NCBI GenBank assembly: GCA_017455295.1
Contig: JAFTBJ010000118.1
Location: 1-56,081 of the forward strand
Length of the DNA stretch: 56,081 nucleotides
Source: Clostridia bacterium
GTDB lineage: Bacteria; Bacillota; Clostridia; Oscillospirales; Acutalibacteraceae
Reading direction: 5' to 3'
Shown: piece after piece, positions 19,566 through 28,149 of the stretch
Layout of the letters: each line of letters begins with the position of its first letter
How positions within the stretch are numbered: position 1 is the first letter of the stretch
The notes under the pieces: model-generated
The model's input: only the letters and a program-made list of their open reading frames with translations
Database searches by the model: none
Told to the model about the DNA's origin: nothing
Translations under genes and position numbers: made by a program

Positions 19566-20981
19566 ATGACCGAAACCAGTCAAACAGTGGCAAGAACCGT
19601 ATCCCTGCCGGTTATTACCGAACGGGAAGCATTTGATATCCTCGTCGTCGGCGGCGGTACCGCCGGCGTGATCGCGGCAATCGCCGCGGCGGAAAGCGGC
19701 AAGCGGGTGCTGATCGTCGAGCGTAGCTATTCGCTCGGCGGGTCGGCTACCGGCGCGCAGGTGACGCCGCTGATGATGCTGCACGTCGACGGCGTGCACA
19801 ATTCCTCTGTCAGCATCCGGCTGCAAAAGCTGCTGGAAGAGCGCGGCTATACGTCGATGCCGGCATGGTGCGATAAGGGCATCAAAACGGAGTTCTCTCC
19901 CGTGATGCTGCGCCCGGCACTCGAAGAAATGTGCAAAGCCGCGGGCGTGACGTTGCTCTATGGCGCCGCCTTTGTGGATACGGTGCGCGAAGACGGCAAG
20001 ATCCAAAGCGTGCTGGTGCAGACGCTCGATGGTTTGGTGGAGATCGAAACCAAATTTGTGATCGATGCGACCGGCGATGCGCAGGTCGCGTATATGGCGG
20101 GCTGTCCGTTTGAGGCGGGTGACCCGCAAAACGATGGCGTCAACCAGGATATGTCGCTGCGGTTTGCGATCGGCGGCGTCGACTTTGAGGAACTGCACAA
20201 GACGGTGATCGAACTTGGCTGCGGCGACGTGATGGAGGACGGCAATCCGTTTTTCAGCCTGTCGAGCGTGTGGCATTCGCCGAACGCCCTGACGCCGCTC
20301 TTCCAAAAGGCGGTGGACGACGGGGTGCTGAGGCACGAAGACGGCGTCTACTTCCAAACCTTTGCCGCACCGTCTCTCGGCCCGAACGTGATGTATTGCA
20401 ACTGTCCCGAAGCGGTGTATGAACACGACGCGACCGACCCCTGGGCAGTGACGCGCGCGGTGGTGGCCTGCCGGGAATCCATCCTGCGGCTGCACACCTT
20501 CTTCAAGACGTATTTCCGCGGCTTTGACAACAGCTTTATTCTCTCCTTTGCGGAGATGCCCGGTATCCGGGAAAGCCGCCGCATCCTCGGGGAATATTAC
20601 TTGACCGAGAACGACTATAATGAGCGCAGCAAATTCCCTGACGGCATCGCGCAGACGGCCTATCCGATCGATGTGCACGCTGCCAAAGGCGTGGTTCATC
20701 CTCGGCCGATGCAGCAAGGCGAATATTTTGAAGTGCCGTATCGCTCGCTCGTGCCGAAGGGAATCGATAATCTGCTGGTGGCCGGACGTTGCACGTCGGC
20801 GTCGTTCGTCGCACAATCCGCCATTCGTGTGCAGCTCGTATGCCGCGCGATGGGCGAGGCAGCCGGTATCGCCGCGGCGATGGCGGTGGAGCAACAGCAA
20901 CCGGCGGCAGAAGTGGACGGTGCGGCCGTGCGCGCGGAAATGATTGCCCGCGGCGGCGTGTTCCTGGACGCCGATCGGTAA
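19566..20981 (+). CDS. FAD-dependent oxidoreductase (FAD_oxidored/GIDA-like Rossmann), cytoplasmic
   Basis: The dinucleotide-binding motif is DILVVGGGTAGVIAAIAAAESGKRVLIVERSYSLGG. A late motif is LVAGRCTSASFVAQSAIR. There is no signal peptide. Confidence 0.8.
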   Translation: MTETSQTVARTVSLPVITEREAFDILVVGGGTAGVIAAIAAAESGKRVLIVERSYSLGGSATGAQVTPLMMLHVDGVHNSSVSIRLQKLLEERGYTSMPAWCDKGIKTEFSPVMLRPALEEMCKAAGVTLLYGAAFVDTVREDGKIQSVLVQTLDGLVEIETKFVIDATGDAQVAYMAGCPFEAGDPQNDGVNQDMSLRFAIGGVDFEELHKTVIELGCGDVMEDGNPFFSLSSVWHSPNALTPLFQKAVDDGVLRHEDGVYFQTFAAPSLGPNVMYCNCPEAVYEHDATDPWAVTRAVVACRESILRLHTFFKTYFRGFDNSFILSFAEMPGIRESRRILGEYYLTENDYNERSKFPDGIAQTAYPIDVHAAKGVVHPRPMQQGEYFEVPYRSLVPKGIDNLLVAGRCTSASFVAQSAIRVQLVCRAMGEAAGIAAAMAVEQQQPAAEVDGAAVRAEMIARGGVFLDADR

Positions 20982-21054
20982 ACTTGTGGTAGCAAACGGC
21001 GTTGCCGTTACTATAAATTCATTTGTCCGAAAATTTTGTAAGGAGGATCTTGCG

Positions 21055-22848
21055 ATGAAAAAAACATGGTGGCGTATTCTGGCCATGGCGCTGGCAACGA
21101 TCATGATGATCGGGGCGCTGGCGGCTTGCGACGGCGGTTCGGAGGAACCGGCCGATCCGGATGCGCCGAAAACGGAAACGGGTACGGAAGCGGAGCTGAC
21201 GGCAGTTCGTGACGAACTGATCAAAGCGACCGAAACGAAAGACATCACCGAAGAAATCACGGCGATGGAGTTCTATGAGAACGGCGTCCGCACGACGAGC
21301 GACAAATATGTGCAGGCGAAGGACAACAAAAAAATGTACTACTTCGGCAACGTCAAGCGCGTTGTCAACTACACCGACGGCTATATCATCGATATGCCGC
21401 AGGATTGGAAACCGGATTATTCGCTGAGCAGCCTGCGCTGCCGCTATGTCTCGGACGACGTGACGATGATCGCGAGCAACGAGACGGAAGCGGCGAAACG
21501 CTATTCCGAGGGCTTCCAGCAGTATCTGGATACCGTGTATCTCTACCTCAAGAACGAGGACTTCCAGAAGAACAACAAGATCACCGTGATCGAAGCGGAA
21601 AAGAAAATGATCGTCGACGATGACTGGACGGCGGAAATCTATCGCGTCAAGCTGGAAGGCTGCAAAGAGGGCATGAAGTGCTACTACACCTATGTGGATT
21701 TCTACAACGAAGTCGGCAAGACGGTGCACATGATGTTTAAAGCGGTGGACGACCGCTCCTTTGAAGACGTGATCGGTTCCTTCAAGTACATCATCCTGAA
21801 GGGCGCGCCGATCGACACGCAGACCTATCCCTGCGAGCCCAGCGAGACCTGGAGCGCGGAAACCCTCGAGAAATACGAGACGATCTGCAGCCAGGATGTG
21901 GTCGACTGGGGCCTCTTTGCCAGCAAGCTGGAGACCACCGGCTGGGATATCACCATCCCGCAGATGGAAAAACGCATCGACTACAAATTCCCGGTCATCT
22001 CGCAGTATGTCCACTTCGGTTCGAAGGATAAGAACGTCGTCACTCCCGGCAAGTTCCCGACGGAATTTGCGAATAAGGTGGATGCAGACGGCCGTATGAT
22101 GCAGATCACCTATCAGTACACCATCAACAACAACATGGATATGACGGAAGTCAGCCCGATGCTCGACATCTATCGCGGCAAAGAGGATGCGCTGGAGACG
22201 TTGACCGACTTTGCAAAGGATGCCGCCGCTTATGGAAAACCCTTCTACTTCCGTCTCAACAACGAGATGAACACCGACTGGACCAGCTATTGCGGCCTTG
22301 CAAACATGCTGGATCCCGAGATCTTCCAGGATACCTGGGTGACGCTGTACGACATCTTCACCGAGACGGGCGCCAACCAGTATGCGATGTGGGTCTTCAA
22401 CGGCTTTGACGGCTCCTACCCGCCCTTCAACTGGTGCAACTATCGCTGCTATATGCCGGATGCGAAGTACATCCAGCTCATCGGTCTGACCGGCTACAAC
22501 GGCGACGCCAAGGAAGGCGAGGCAACCAACAACTGGCGCACCTTCCCGCAGATCTATGATGATATCTGCACCGGCGTGACGAAGAACTACAACGAGTACT
22601 TCTCCGAGTGGCCCTGGATCATCTCCGAGTTCGGCTGCGAAGGCCTGATCCCCGAAGATCGTGCCGAGTGGGTCACCGAGATGTTCCAGGCGATCGCCGA
22701 CGGCAACTATCCGAACATCAAAGTGGCGGTGTGGTTCAGCGCCAACGACTTTAATGCGGAGACCGGCGAGGTCACCAACAAGTTCACGCTTGACGGCGAC
22801 ACCGAGACGCTCAAAGCGTTCAAGGAAGGCCTTGCGCTGACGCAGTAA
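21055..22848 (+). CDS. lipoprotein with C-terminal clan GH-A (GH26-like) glycoside hydrolase domain, paralog 1
   Basis: AAGGAGG RBS precedes ATG 21055. Lipobox is GALAAC. FYFRLNNEMNTDW resembles the GH26 acid/base block (R-x-x-H-E-M-N-G). WPWIISEFGCEG resembles the nucleophile block. The N-terminal roughly 300 aa are unassigned. Confidence 0.55.
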   Translation: MKKTWWRILAMALATIMMIGALAACDGGSEEPADPDAPKTETGTEAELTAVRDELIKATETKDITEEITAMEFYENGVRTTSDKYVQAKDNKKMYYFGNVKRVVNYTDGYIIDMPQDWKPDYSLSSLRCRYVSDDVTMIASNETEAAKRYSEGFQQYLDTVYLYLKNEDFQKNNKITVIEAEKKMIVDDDWTAEIYRVKLEGCKEGMKCYYTYVDFYNEVGKTVHMMFKAVDDRSFEDVIGSFKYIILKGAPIDTQTYPCEPSETWSAETLEKYETICSQDVVDWGLFASKLETTGWDITIPQMEKRIDYKFPVISQYVHFGSKDKNVVTPGKFPTEFANKVDADGRMMQITYQYTINNNMDMTEVSPMLDIYRGKEDALETLTDFAKDAAAYGKPFYFRLNNEMNTDWTSYCGLANMLDPEIFQDTWVTLYDIFTETGANQYAMWVFNGFDGSYPPFNWCNYRCYMPDAKYIQLIGLTGYNGDAKEGEATNNWRTFPQIYDDICTGVTKNYNEYFSEWPWIISEFGCEGLIPEDRAEWVTEMFQAIADGNYPNIKVAVWFSANDFNAETGEVTNKFTLDGDTETLKAFKEGLALTQ

Positions 22849-22858
22849 TATCAAGCGG

Positions 22859-23012
22859 ACGGCCGCTACCCTTTGGCGGCCGTGTCGAAAAACGATCGCA
22901 TAATTCCTCCCCCGCGACGGGGCCTTGCGGGAGGTATCCCGTAGCCCTATCGCGGGGGATTATGCGGTTTCCCAAGGATACGGGTTTTCCCGCTTCTTTC
23001 GGAAACCGCATA
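22859..23012 (+). promoter_or_regulatory. structured intergenic leader with three nested or overlapping inverted repeats
   Basis: ACGGCCGC / GCGGCCGT pairs at 22859-66 / 22876-83. GCATAAT..CCCCCGCGA pairs with TCGCGGGGGATTATGC (22898-22917 / 22950-22965). TATGCGGTTTCC pairs with GGAAACCGCATA (22961-72 / 23001-12). The second and third structures share bases 22961-65. No U-tract is present. Confidence 0.35.
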
Positions 23013-23060
23013 CACCCCGACCGACATCGGTCACGTTGATTTCATAAAGGAGTATGAGTT

Positions 23061-24776
23061 ATGAAACGAATCATTCGCTTGCTGTCCTGTCTGCTTGTCC
23101 CGGTATTGCTGTGCGGGATGCTGTCCTCCTGCGCTACCGAGGGCGGCGGCGACACACCCGAACAGCCGCAAGACGAAGCCGCGCTGACCGCGGTTCGGGA
23201 ATCGCTGGTCAAAGCGACCGAAACCAAAGGATTCGGCGAGCTGACCGCGATGGAGCTGTATGAAAACGGCGTGCGCACAGCAAGCGACGAGTTCGTGCAG
23301 GTGCGGGACAACAAAAAGCTCTATTATGCGGGCGACGTCAAACGGGTGGTCAACTACCCGGACGGCTATATCCTCGATATGCCGGCCGATTGGGTGCCTG
23401 ACTATTCGATGTCGACCGTGCGCTGCCGGTATGTGAGTGATGATGTGACGCTGATTGCCACGGTGGAGGAAGAGGCCACTCGGCAATACGGCGGCGCACA
23501 GCCGTACATCGAGCAGGTTTTTCAATATATCACCGCCGACGAGTATCAAACGCTCAACCGTGTGAAGAAACTCAGCGAGGAAACCGTTTCACTGGATGAT
23601 GAGTTTCAAGCGTATGTGCTGAAAATGCAGATGCTCGAATGCGCCGCATCGGTCAAGAGTTATTATACCTACGTCGTGATCTACAACAACGTCAATCGTT
23701 GCGTACAGCTCATGTTCAAAGCGATCGACGACCGCGATTTCGCGTCGGTCTATCAAAGCTTCCGCACGATCGTCAAAAAAGGCGCCGCGATGGATACGGT
23801 GACCTATCCGCGGGAGGATAACCCGAGCTGGAGCGACGCGACCGCCGCCTATTATCACGAATTGACCGAGCGGGACAACATCACCTGGGGCGTGTTCTCC
23901 GGCAACCTCACCGAAACGAATACGATGCGCCTGCAGGTGCCGAACCTTGAGAAAAAACTCGACTTTACCTTCCCGCTCATCTCCTCCTATTCGGCGATGG
24001 GATGGGACTTCCCGCTGAAGGAAGCGCAGGCGCTGACCGAGGACGGTCGGCATTTGCAGTACACCTTCCACTATTCTTATTGGACGGGCGAAGCGGGGAT
24101 GGGGCGCAAAGCGCCGATTCTGGACGTCTATCGTGGCATGCACGACGCGGATCTTGAGAAGGTCGCCGAGGGGATCGTCGAATACGGCCAGCCAATGCTC
24201 TTTCGGCTGAACAACGAAATGAATTCCGACTGGACCGATTGGTCGGCACTCAACTGCATGCTCGACCCCGAGATCTTCACCGAAACGTGGATCCGGATGT
24301 ATCAAATCTTTGAAAAGGCCGGGGCCAATGCAAATTGCATTTGGATCTGGAATCCGCAGGCGGACTATGGGATCCCACGCGGCGCCAACTGGGCGGATAC
24401 CCGCACCTATATGCCAGGTGCTGACTATGTTGATATGATCGGCGTGACCTATTACAACTTCGGAACCGAGGACACCTGGGCCAGCTACGAATACCTGTAC
24501 GACTGGATCGACCGCTACTATTCCGCCTATTTCGGCGACTGGTCATGGATCATCTCGGAATTCGGCTGTTCCGATACGGCCGAGCCGTCCCGCAAAGCCC
24601 AGTGGATCAAAGAGATGTTCGATTGCATGGGCGAGGGGAAATACCCGAACATCAAAGCCGCCGTCTGGTTCAACCGCAACGACTATGAAAACGGCGAGAT
24701 CACCCACCGCCTTGTGTTGGAAGAAAGCAAAGAGATTTTGGACGCCTTCAAAGACGGCCTTAAACGTACACAGTGA
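23061..24776 (+). CDS. lipoprotein with C-terminal clan GH-A (GH26-like) glycoside hydrolase domain, paralog 2
   Basis: AAAGGAG RBS is present. Lipobox is GMLSSC. LFRLNNEMNSDW and WSWIISEFGC blocks are present. It is colinear with 21055-22848 throughout (ELTAVRE.L.KATETK, YENGVRT.SD.FVQ..DNKK.YY.G.VKRVVNY.DGYI.DMP). Confidence 0.55.
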   Translation: MKRIIRLLSCLLVPVLLCGMLSSCATEGGGDTPEQPQDEAALTAVRESLVKATETKGFGELTAMELYENGVRTASDEFVQVRDNKKLYYAGDVKRVVNYPDGYILDMPADWVPDYSMSTVRCRYVSDDVTLIATVEEEATRQYGGAQPYIEQVFQYITADEYQTLNRVKKLSEETVSLDDEFQAYVLKMQMLECAASVKSYYTYVVIYNNVNRCVQLMFKAIDDRDFASVYQSFRTIVKKGAAMDTVTYPREDNPSWSDATAAYYHELTERDNITWGVFSGNLTETNTMRLQVPNLEKKLDFTFPLISSYSAMGWDFPLKEAQALTEDGRHLQYTFHYSYWTGEAGMGRKAPILDVYRGMHDADLEKVAEGIVEYGQPMLFRLNNEMNSDWTDWSALNCMLDPEIFTETWIRMYQIFEKAGANANCIWIWNPQADYGIPRGANWADTRTYMPGADYVDMIGVTYYNFGTEDTWASYEYLYDWIDRYYSAYFGDWSWIISEFGCSDTAEPSRKAQWIKEMFDCMGEGKYPNIKAAVWFNRNDYENGEITHRLVLEESKEILDAFKDGLKRTQ

Positions 24777-24805
24777 CCGCCATTATTTTCTGGGAGGAAT
24801 TTGTT

Positions 24806-26329
24806 ATGAAACGTACCGAGCAACCGTTTGATATGGCCAAAACGCCGGCCGGCGTGGTGCCGCTGCCGTATGACAACCGGTTTTTGACCGATGGCCGTGA
24901 GATCGATCTTGTGGGCGATCCCGCCGTCGATCCGCTCAAGCCCGCCGAACTCGTTTATAAAAAGCGGGAAGGCGGCACCTACATCTATTCTAATAACCCG
25001 GAAATGCTGCGGGCGAAGGATCTCGGGCAGGCGCTGCTTCGCACCAAAGACCTGACCGGTGACGTCGAGTTTACCTATGAGCACAGCAATCACAGCGGCC
25101 AACCGGCCTATATCGGCTATCAGCTCAAAAACGAGGGCAAGGAAGACGCCGAGGTGCTGGTGACCAATATCGGCATCCAGGTGGACGGCGAATGGCTCGG
25201 CCAGCGCTCTTGGTCGGATTTTTACAACGTGAAATTCGATCTGCCGACCTACTATTTTGTGGATGGCAAGGAATATTTCGGCTATGTCGGACAGGATTTT
25301 CTCGACTACACGCCGCGCGTCTTCCAGCCGACGACTTATCGCATCCCGGCGGGCGAGTACATTTATGTGCTCGGCGGCACATCGGCGGACGCTTATGCCA
25401 ATACCAACGTTGGCGATACGGCGGACAAGGTGGTCGAAGTCGGCCGCTGTTCGAACGGCGCTGTCAAATTCCGCGTGCTGACCGGCAAAGTGACCGGTAC
25501 GGTCTATTTCTATGCCGATGCCGAGCAGGTCAAAGCCGAGCCCGCCGAGCAGGGCTATGTGGTCAACCGCGACGAGATTTTCTTCGGCGGACAATATAAA
25601 GGCGTCGACCCGCATCTCGGCATGATCGAAGCGGATATCAGCTGGACGGTCAACGATCGTACCATGTGCGGTACGCTGCCGGTGAGCTTTACAAATTATT
25701 ACGACGACCATATCGCCGAATACCCGAAAACGCCGTATATGGCTTATCAAAGCACCCCGCATCGGCAGCATCTCATTCGCTGGCTGACGTCGCTCAATCC
25801 GCAAAACGCCCACGAAGCGGTGGGAACCGATATGATGATCTTTCATTGTATCACAGAAGACGGCACCCCGGTCGTCATTGACAACGAACATGCCGACGGC
25901 GCGGGAGATCCGGCGAACACCGGAAACTGGATGGTGCAGTGCAACCACAATTTCACCCTTGTCAACCAAGGCGAGAAAGAACGTACCTTCCGGATCTATA
26001 CCGACGGAGCGCTCGCCGGTGCGCTGTTTGTGCTGGTGCGCAATGAAGCGGGCGATGTGCTGAATACCCGCTGCACCATCAGCCCGATCTGCTATCCCGT
26101 TAGCGAGCTGCCCAAAGACGCCGATCCGTCGCGCTATGAAAACGACAACGGCCTGTGCTTCCCGATCATGCCGGACGGCCGGTCGTATCGCTTGCATCGG
26201 CCGGAGGAAGCCTTGATGGCGACGGTGAAGGTCGCACCGCATAGCTATGAGCGGATCACGATCGATTTCAATATTCTCGGCAATTCCTGCGGCAGTGCTT
26301 GGCACTGGGTCACGTTGGATGAGGAATGA
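24806..26329 (+). CDS. uncharacterised conserved protein, unknown-family paralog 1 of 4 (no signal peptide, cytoplasmic form)
   Basis: GGGAGGA lies 7 nt before ATG 24806. It shares the blocks KREGGTYIY.NNPE, LTGD.EFT.EHSN, YQLKNEG, GEWLGQ.SWSD.YN, TPRVFQPTTYRIPAGEYIYVLGGTS, QYKG, HADG.G..AN.GNWM and LGNS.G with the next three genes. Confidence 0.75.
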   Translation: MKRTEQPFDMAKTPAGVVPLPYDNRFLTDGREIDLVGDPAVDPLKPAELVYKKREGGTYIYSNNPEMLRAKDLGQALLRTKDLTGDVEFTYEHSNHSGQPAYIGYQLKNEGKEDAEVLVTNIGIQVDGEWLGQRSWSDFYNVKFDLPTYYFVDGKEYFGYVGQDFLDYTPRVFQPTTYRIPAGEYIYVLGGTSADAYANTNVGDTADKVVEVGRCSNGAVKFRVLTGKVTGTVYFYADAEQVKAEPAEQGYVVNRDEIFFGGQYKGVDPHLGMIEADISWTVNDRTMCGTLPVSFTNYYDDHIAEYPKTPYMAYQSTPHRQHLIRWLTSLNPQNAHEAVGTDMMIFHCITEDGTPVVIDNEHADGAGDPANTGNWMVQCNHNFTLVNQGEKERTFRIYTDGALAGALFVLVRNEAGDVLNTRCTISPICYPVSELPKDADPSRYENDNGLCFPIMPDGRSYRLHRPEEALMATVKVAPHSYERITIDFNILGNSCGSAWHWVTLDEE

Positions 26330-26348
26330 AAGTGAAGGAGTATACACG

Positions 26349-28124
26349 ATGAATCAGCAGGCATCTTTGGCGCGAAAAGGCTTGGCGTATGTTCTGTCGT
26401 TGGCGGCGATCATGGCATTGTTTAGCGGCTGCAGCGACATCCATCGCCCCGCCGTATTTCAAAATGACGCCGGGGAGACGGTGGAGGGGGCCATTCCGCT
26501 GTCCGGGTTTGAGGATGTGACCGGCTTTGACAAAACCTGCACCTATGAGATGCGGGCGGACATCACCGACAGATACACCTTTACCTGCAGCAAAAAAACA
26601 GTCGCCATTGAAGTGACGACCGCGGATGGCACACCGCTGTCGGAAGGGGAAAACCCTGCTTCGGCATCATTGCAGGCCGGGGAGACCTATCGCATCAAAG
26701 CCACTTCGAAGGAATCAAATGAAAAAATCCATGTGGATGCCGAAGCGGATAACCACAAGGTGCGGCTGCCTTATCAAAACGTGTTTACGATTGACCCGGA
26801 GGAGCATCAGGAAAGCGATCCGGCGGTTGACCCGCTGAAGCCCGCTTCTATCTCCTATCAAAAGCGGGAGGGCGGCACCTATATTTATGCCAACAACCCC
26901 GAGAAGCTGGCGAACGAAGACGTCGGACAAGCGCTGATGCGCGATCGGAATTTGACTGGCAGCATCGAAGTCACCTGGGAGTATAGCAATGCGTCCAACA
27001 AGATGTTCTATCTTGGTTATCAACTCAAAAATGAGGGAAAGACGGACGTATTCGTCACGGTGACCAACATCGGCATACAGGTGCAGGGAGAATGGCTCGG
27101 CCAGCAATCCTGGTCGGATTATTATAATCTGCATTTTGATTTGCCGGACGATTATTTTGTCAAAAGCACCGTCGTCGCTGAACCGTATCGTGGGCAGGAC
27201 TTCATCCAATATACGCCGCGCGTGTTCCAGCCGACGACCTATCGCATCCCGGCAGGGGAGTACATTTATGTGCTCGGCGGCACGTCGGAGGACGCTTATA
27301 ACAGCACCAACGTCGCGGATACGGCAAACAAGATCATTCAGCGTGGCAAATGCACCAACGCTGTTGCCAAATTCCAAGTGACCGGCGGCGTGGTGACCGG
27401 CACCTTATATTGCTATGAAAACGCCGATCAGGTGACCGAGGAGCCGGAGGAACAGGGATATGTCTGCAAGCGGGGCGATACCGAATACGGCTTGCAGTAT
27501 AAAGGTATTGACCCATATGAAGGATTGATCGAAAGCAACATCACCTGGACGGTCAACGATCAAACAGAAGCGGGCTATCTGCCGGTAACCTATCCGGTAT
27601 CCTATTCGCCGACCGCCGCCCGGTATACAAAGCCTTATAAAGAATACAAGAATACGCAAACAGAGATCTTTTCCAAATCTTTTTGGATCACCAATATCAA
27701 TCCGCAAAGCAACCATTCCGCTGTCGGAACGGATATGTCCGCGTTTACCTGCCGCACCGTGGATGGTGAGGAGGTCACGATCGACACGTTCCATGCGGAC
27801 GGCACCGGCAACTCCGCCAACCTCGGGAACTGGATGATCGACTATCATGACAACTATACGATCTATAACGACGGCGACACCGAGCGGGAGTTCCTCTTCC
27901 GCAAATATGCGAACGGCGCCTTGATGGCGATGGTGCTTGACCCGGACGGGAAGGTGCTCGCCACGAAATGCACCATCCAGCCGCTGGAAGGCAGCAAAAC
28001 GGACGCGAACGTCCTGTTGTATACGCTCACGGTGCCCCCGCATTCCTATCGGCAGATCACAATCAGCTTTCTGCTGATGGGCAATTCTTCCGGAAACGTC
28101 GCTCACATGGTCGAACTTGTTTGA
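26349..28124 (+). CDS. uncharacterised conserved protein, unknown-family paralog 2 of 4 (lipoprotein form with PPC-like N-terminal beta-sandwich)
   Basis: GAAGGAG lies 8 nt before ATG 26349. Lipobox is ALFSGC. An extra roughly 130-aa domain reads YTFTCSKKTVAIEVTT...LQAGETYRIKATS, followed by the shared roughly 480-aa core. Confidence 0.75.
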   Translation: MNQQASLARKGLAYVLSLAAIMALFSGCSDIHRPAVFQNDAGETVEGAIPLSGFEDVTGFDKTCTYEMRADITDRYTFTCSKKTVAIEVTTADGTPLSEGENPASASLQAGETYRIKATSKESNEKIHVDAEADNHKVRLPYQNVFTIDPEEHQESDPAVDPLKPASISYQKREGGTYIYANNPEKLANEDVGQALMRDRNLTGSIEVTWEYSNASNKMFYLGYQLKNEGKTDVFVTVTNIGIQVQGEWLGQQSWSDYYNLHFDLPDDYFVKSTVVAEPYRGQDFIQYTPRVFQPTTYRIPAGEYIYVLGGTSEDAYNSTNVADTANKIIQRGKCTNAVAKFQVTGGVVTGTLYCYENADQVTEEPEEQGYVCKRGDTEYGLQYKGIDPYEGLIESNITWTVNDQTEAGYLPVTYPVSYSPTAARYTKPYKEYKNTQTEIFSKSFWITNINPQSNHSAVGTDMSAFTCRTVDGEEVTIDTFHADGTGNSANLGNWMIDYHDNYTIYNDGDTEREFLFRKYANGALMAMVLDPDGKVLATKCTIQPLEGSKTDANVLLYTLTVPPHSYRQITISFLLMGNSSGNVAHMVELV

Positions 28125-28149
28125 TGTTTTGCAAAAGAAAGGATGTTTT

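Noticed and set aside
20944-21054. N-terminal extensions of ORF-track entries. Examples are 20944 for the GH26-like lipoprotein, 6005 for the giant SBP, 24773/26247/28117 for the paralog family, 35313 for the SGNH lipoprotein, 50842 for the C39-like protein, 44413 for the TIR protein and 44255 for the aquaporin.
   Set aside because: The extensions overlap the preceding gene or lack an RBS. In every case an internal ATG is preceded by a Shine-Dalgarno sequence and starts a proper signal peptide, lipobox or conserved N-terminus.
18222-21260. 1012-aa minus-strand ORF. Similar long antisense ORFs lie at 1919-3274, 4556-5899, 6854-9076, 10893-12803, 12999-15239, 17123-18466, 21019-22854, 24683-26347, 30901-33813, 35589-37028, 49095-50195 and 54059-55924.
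   Set aside because: Each lies antisense to a + strand gene that has an RBS, a signal peptide or lipobox and recognisable family motifs. Their translations are Arg/His/Gly/Ala-rich low-complexity strings without motifs. This is the usual stop-codon-poor antisense frame of high-G+C coding DNA.
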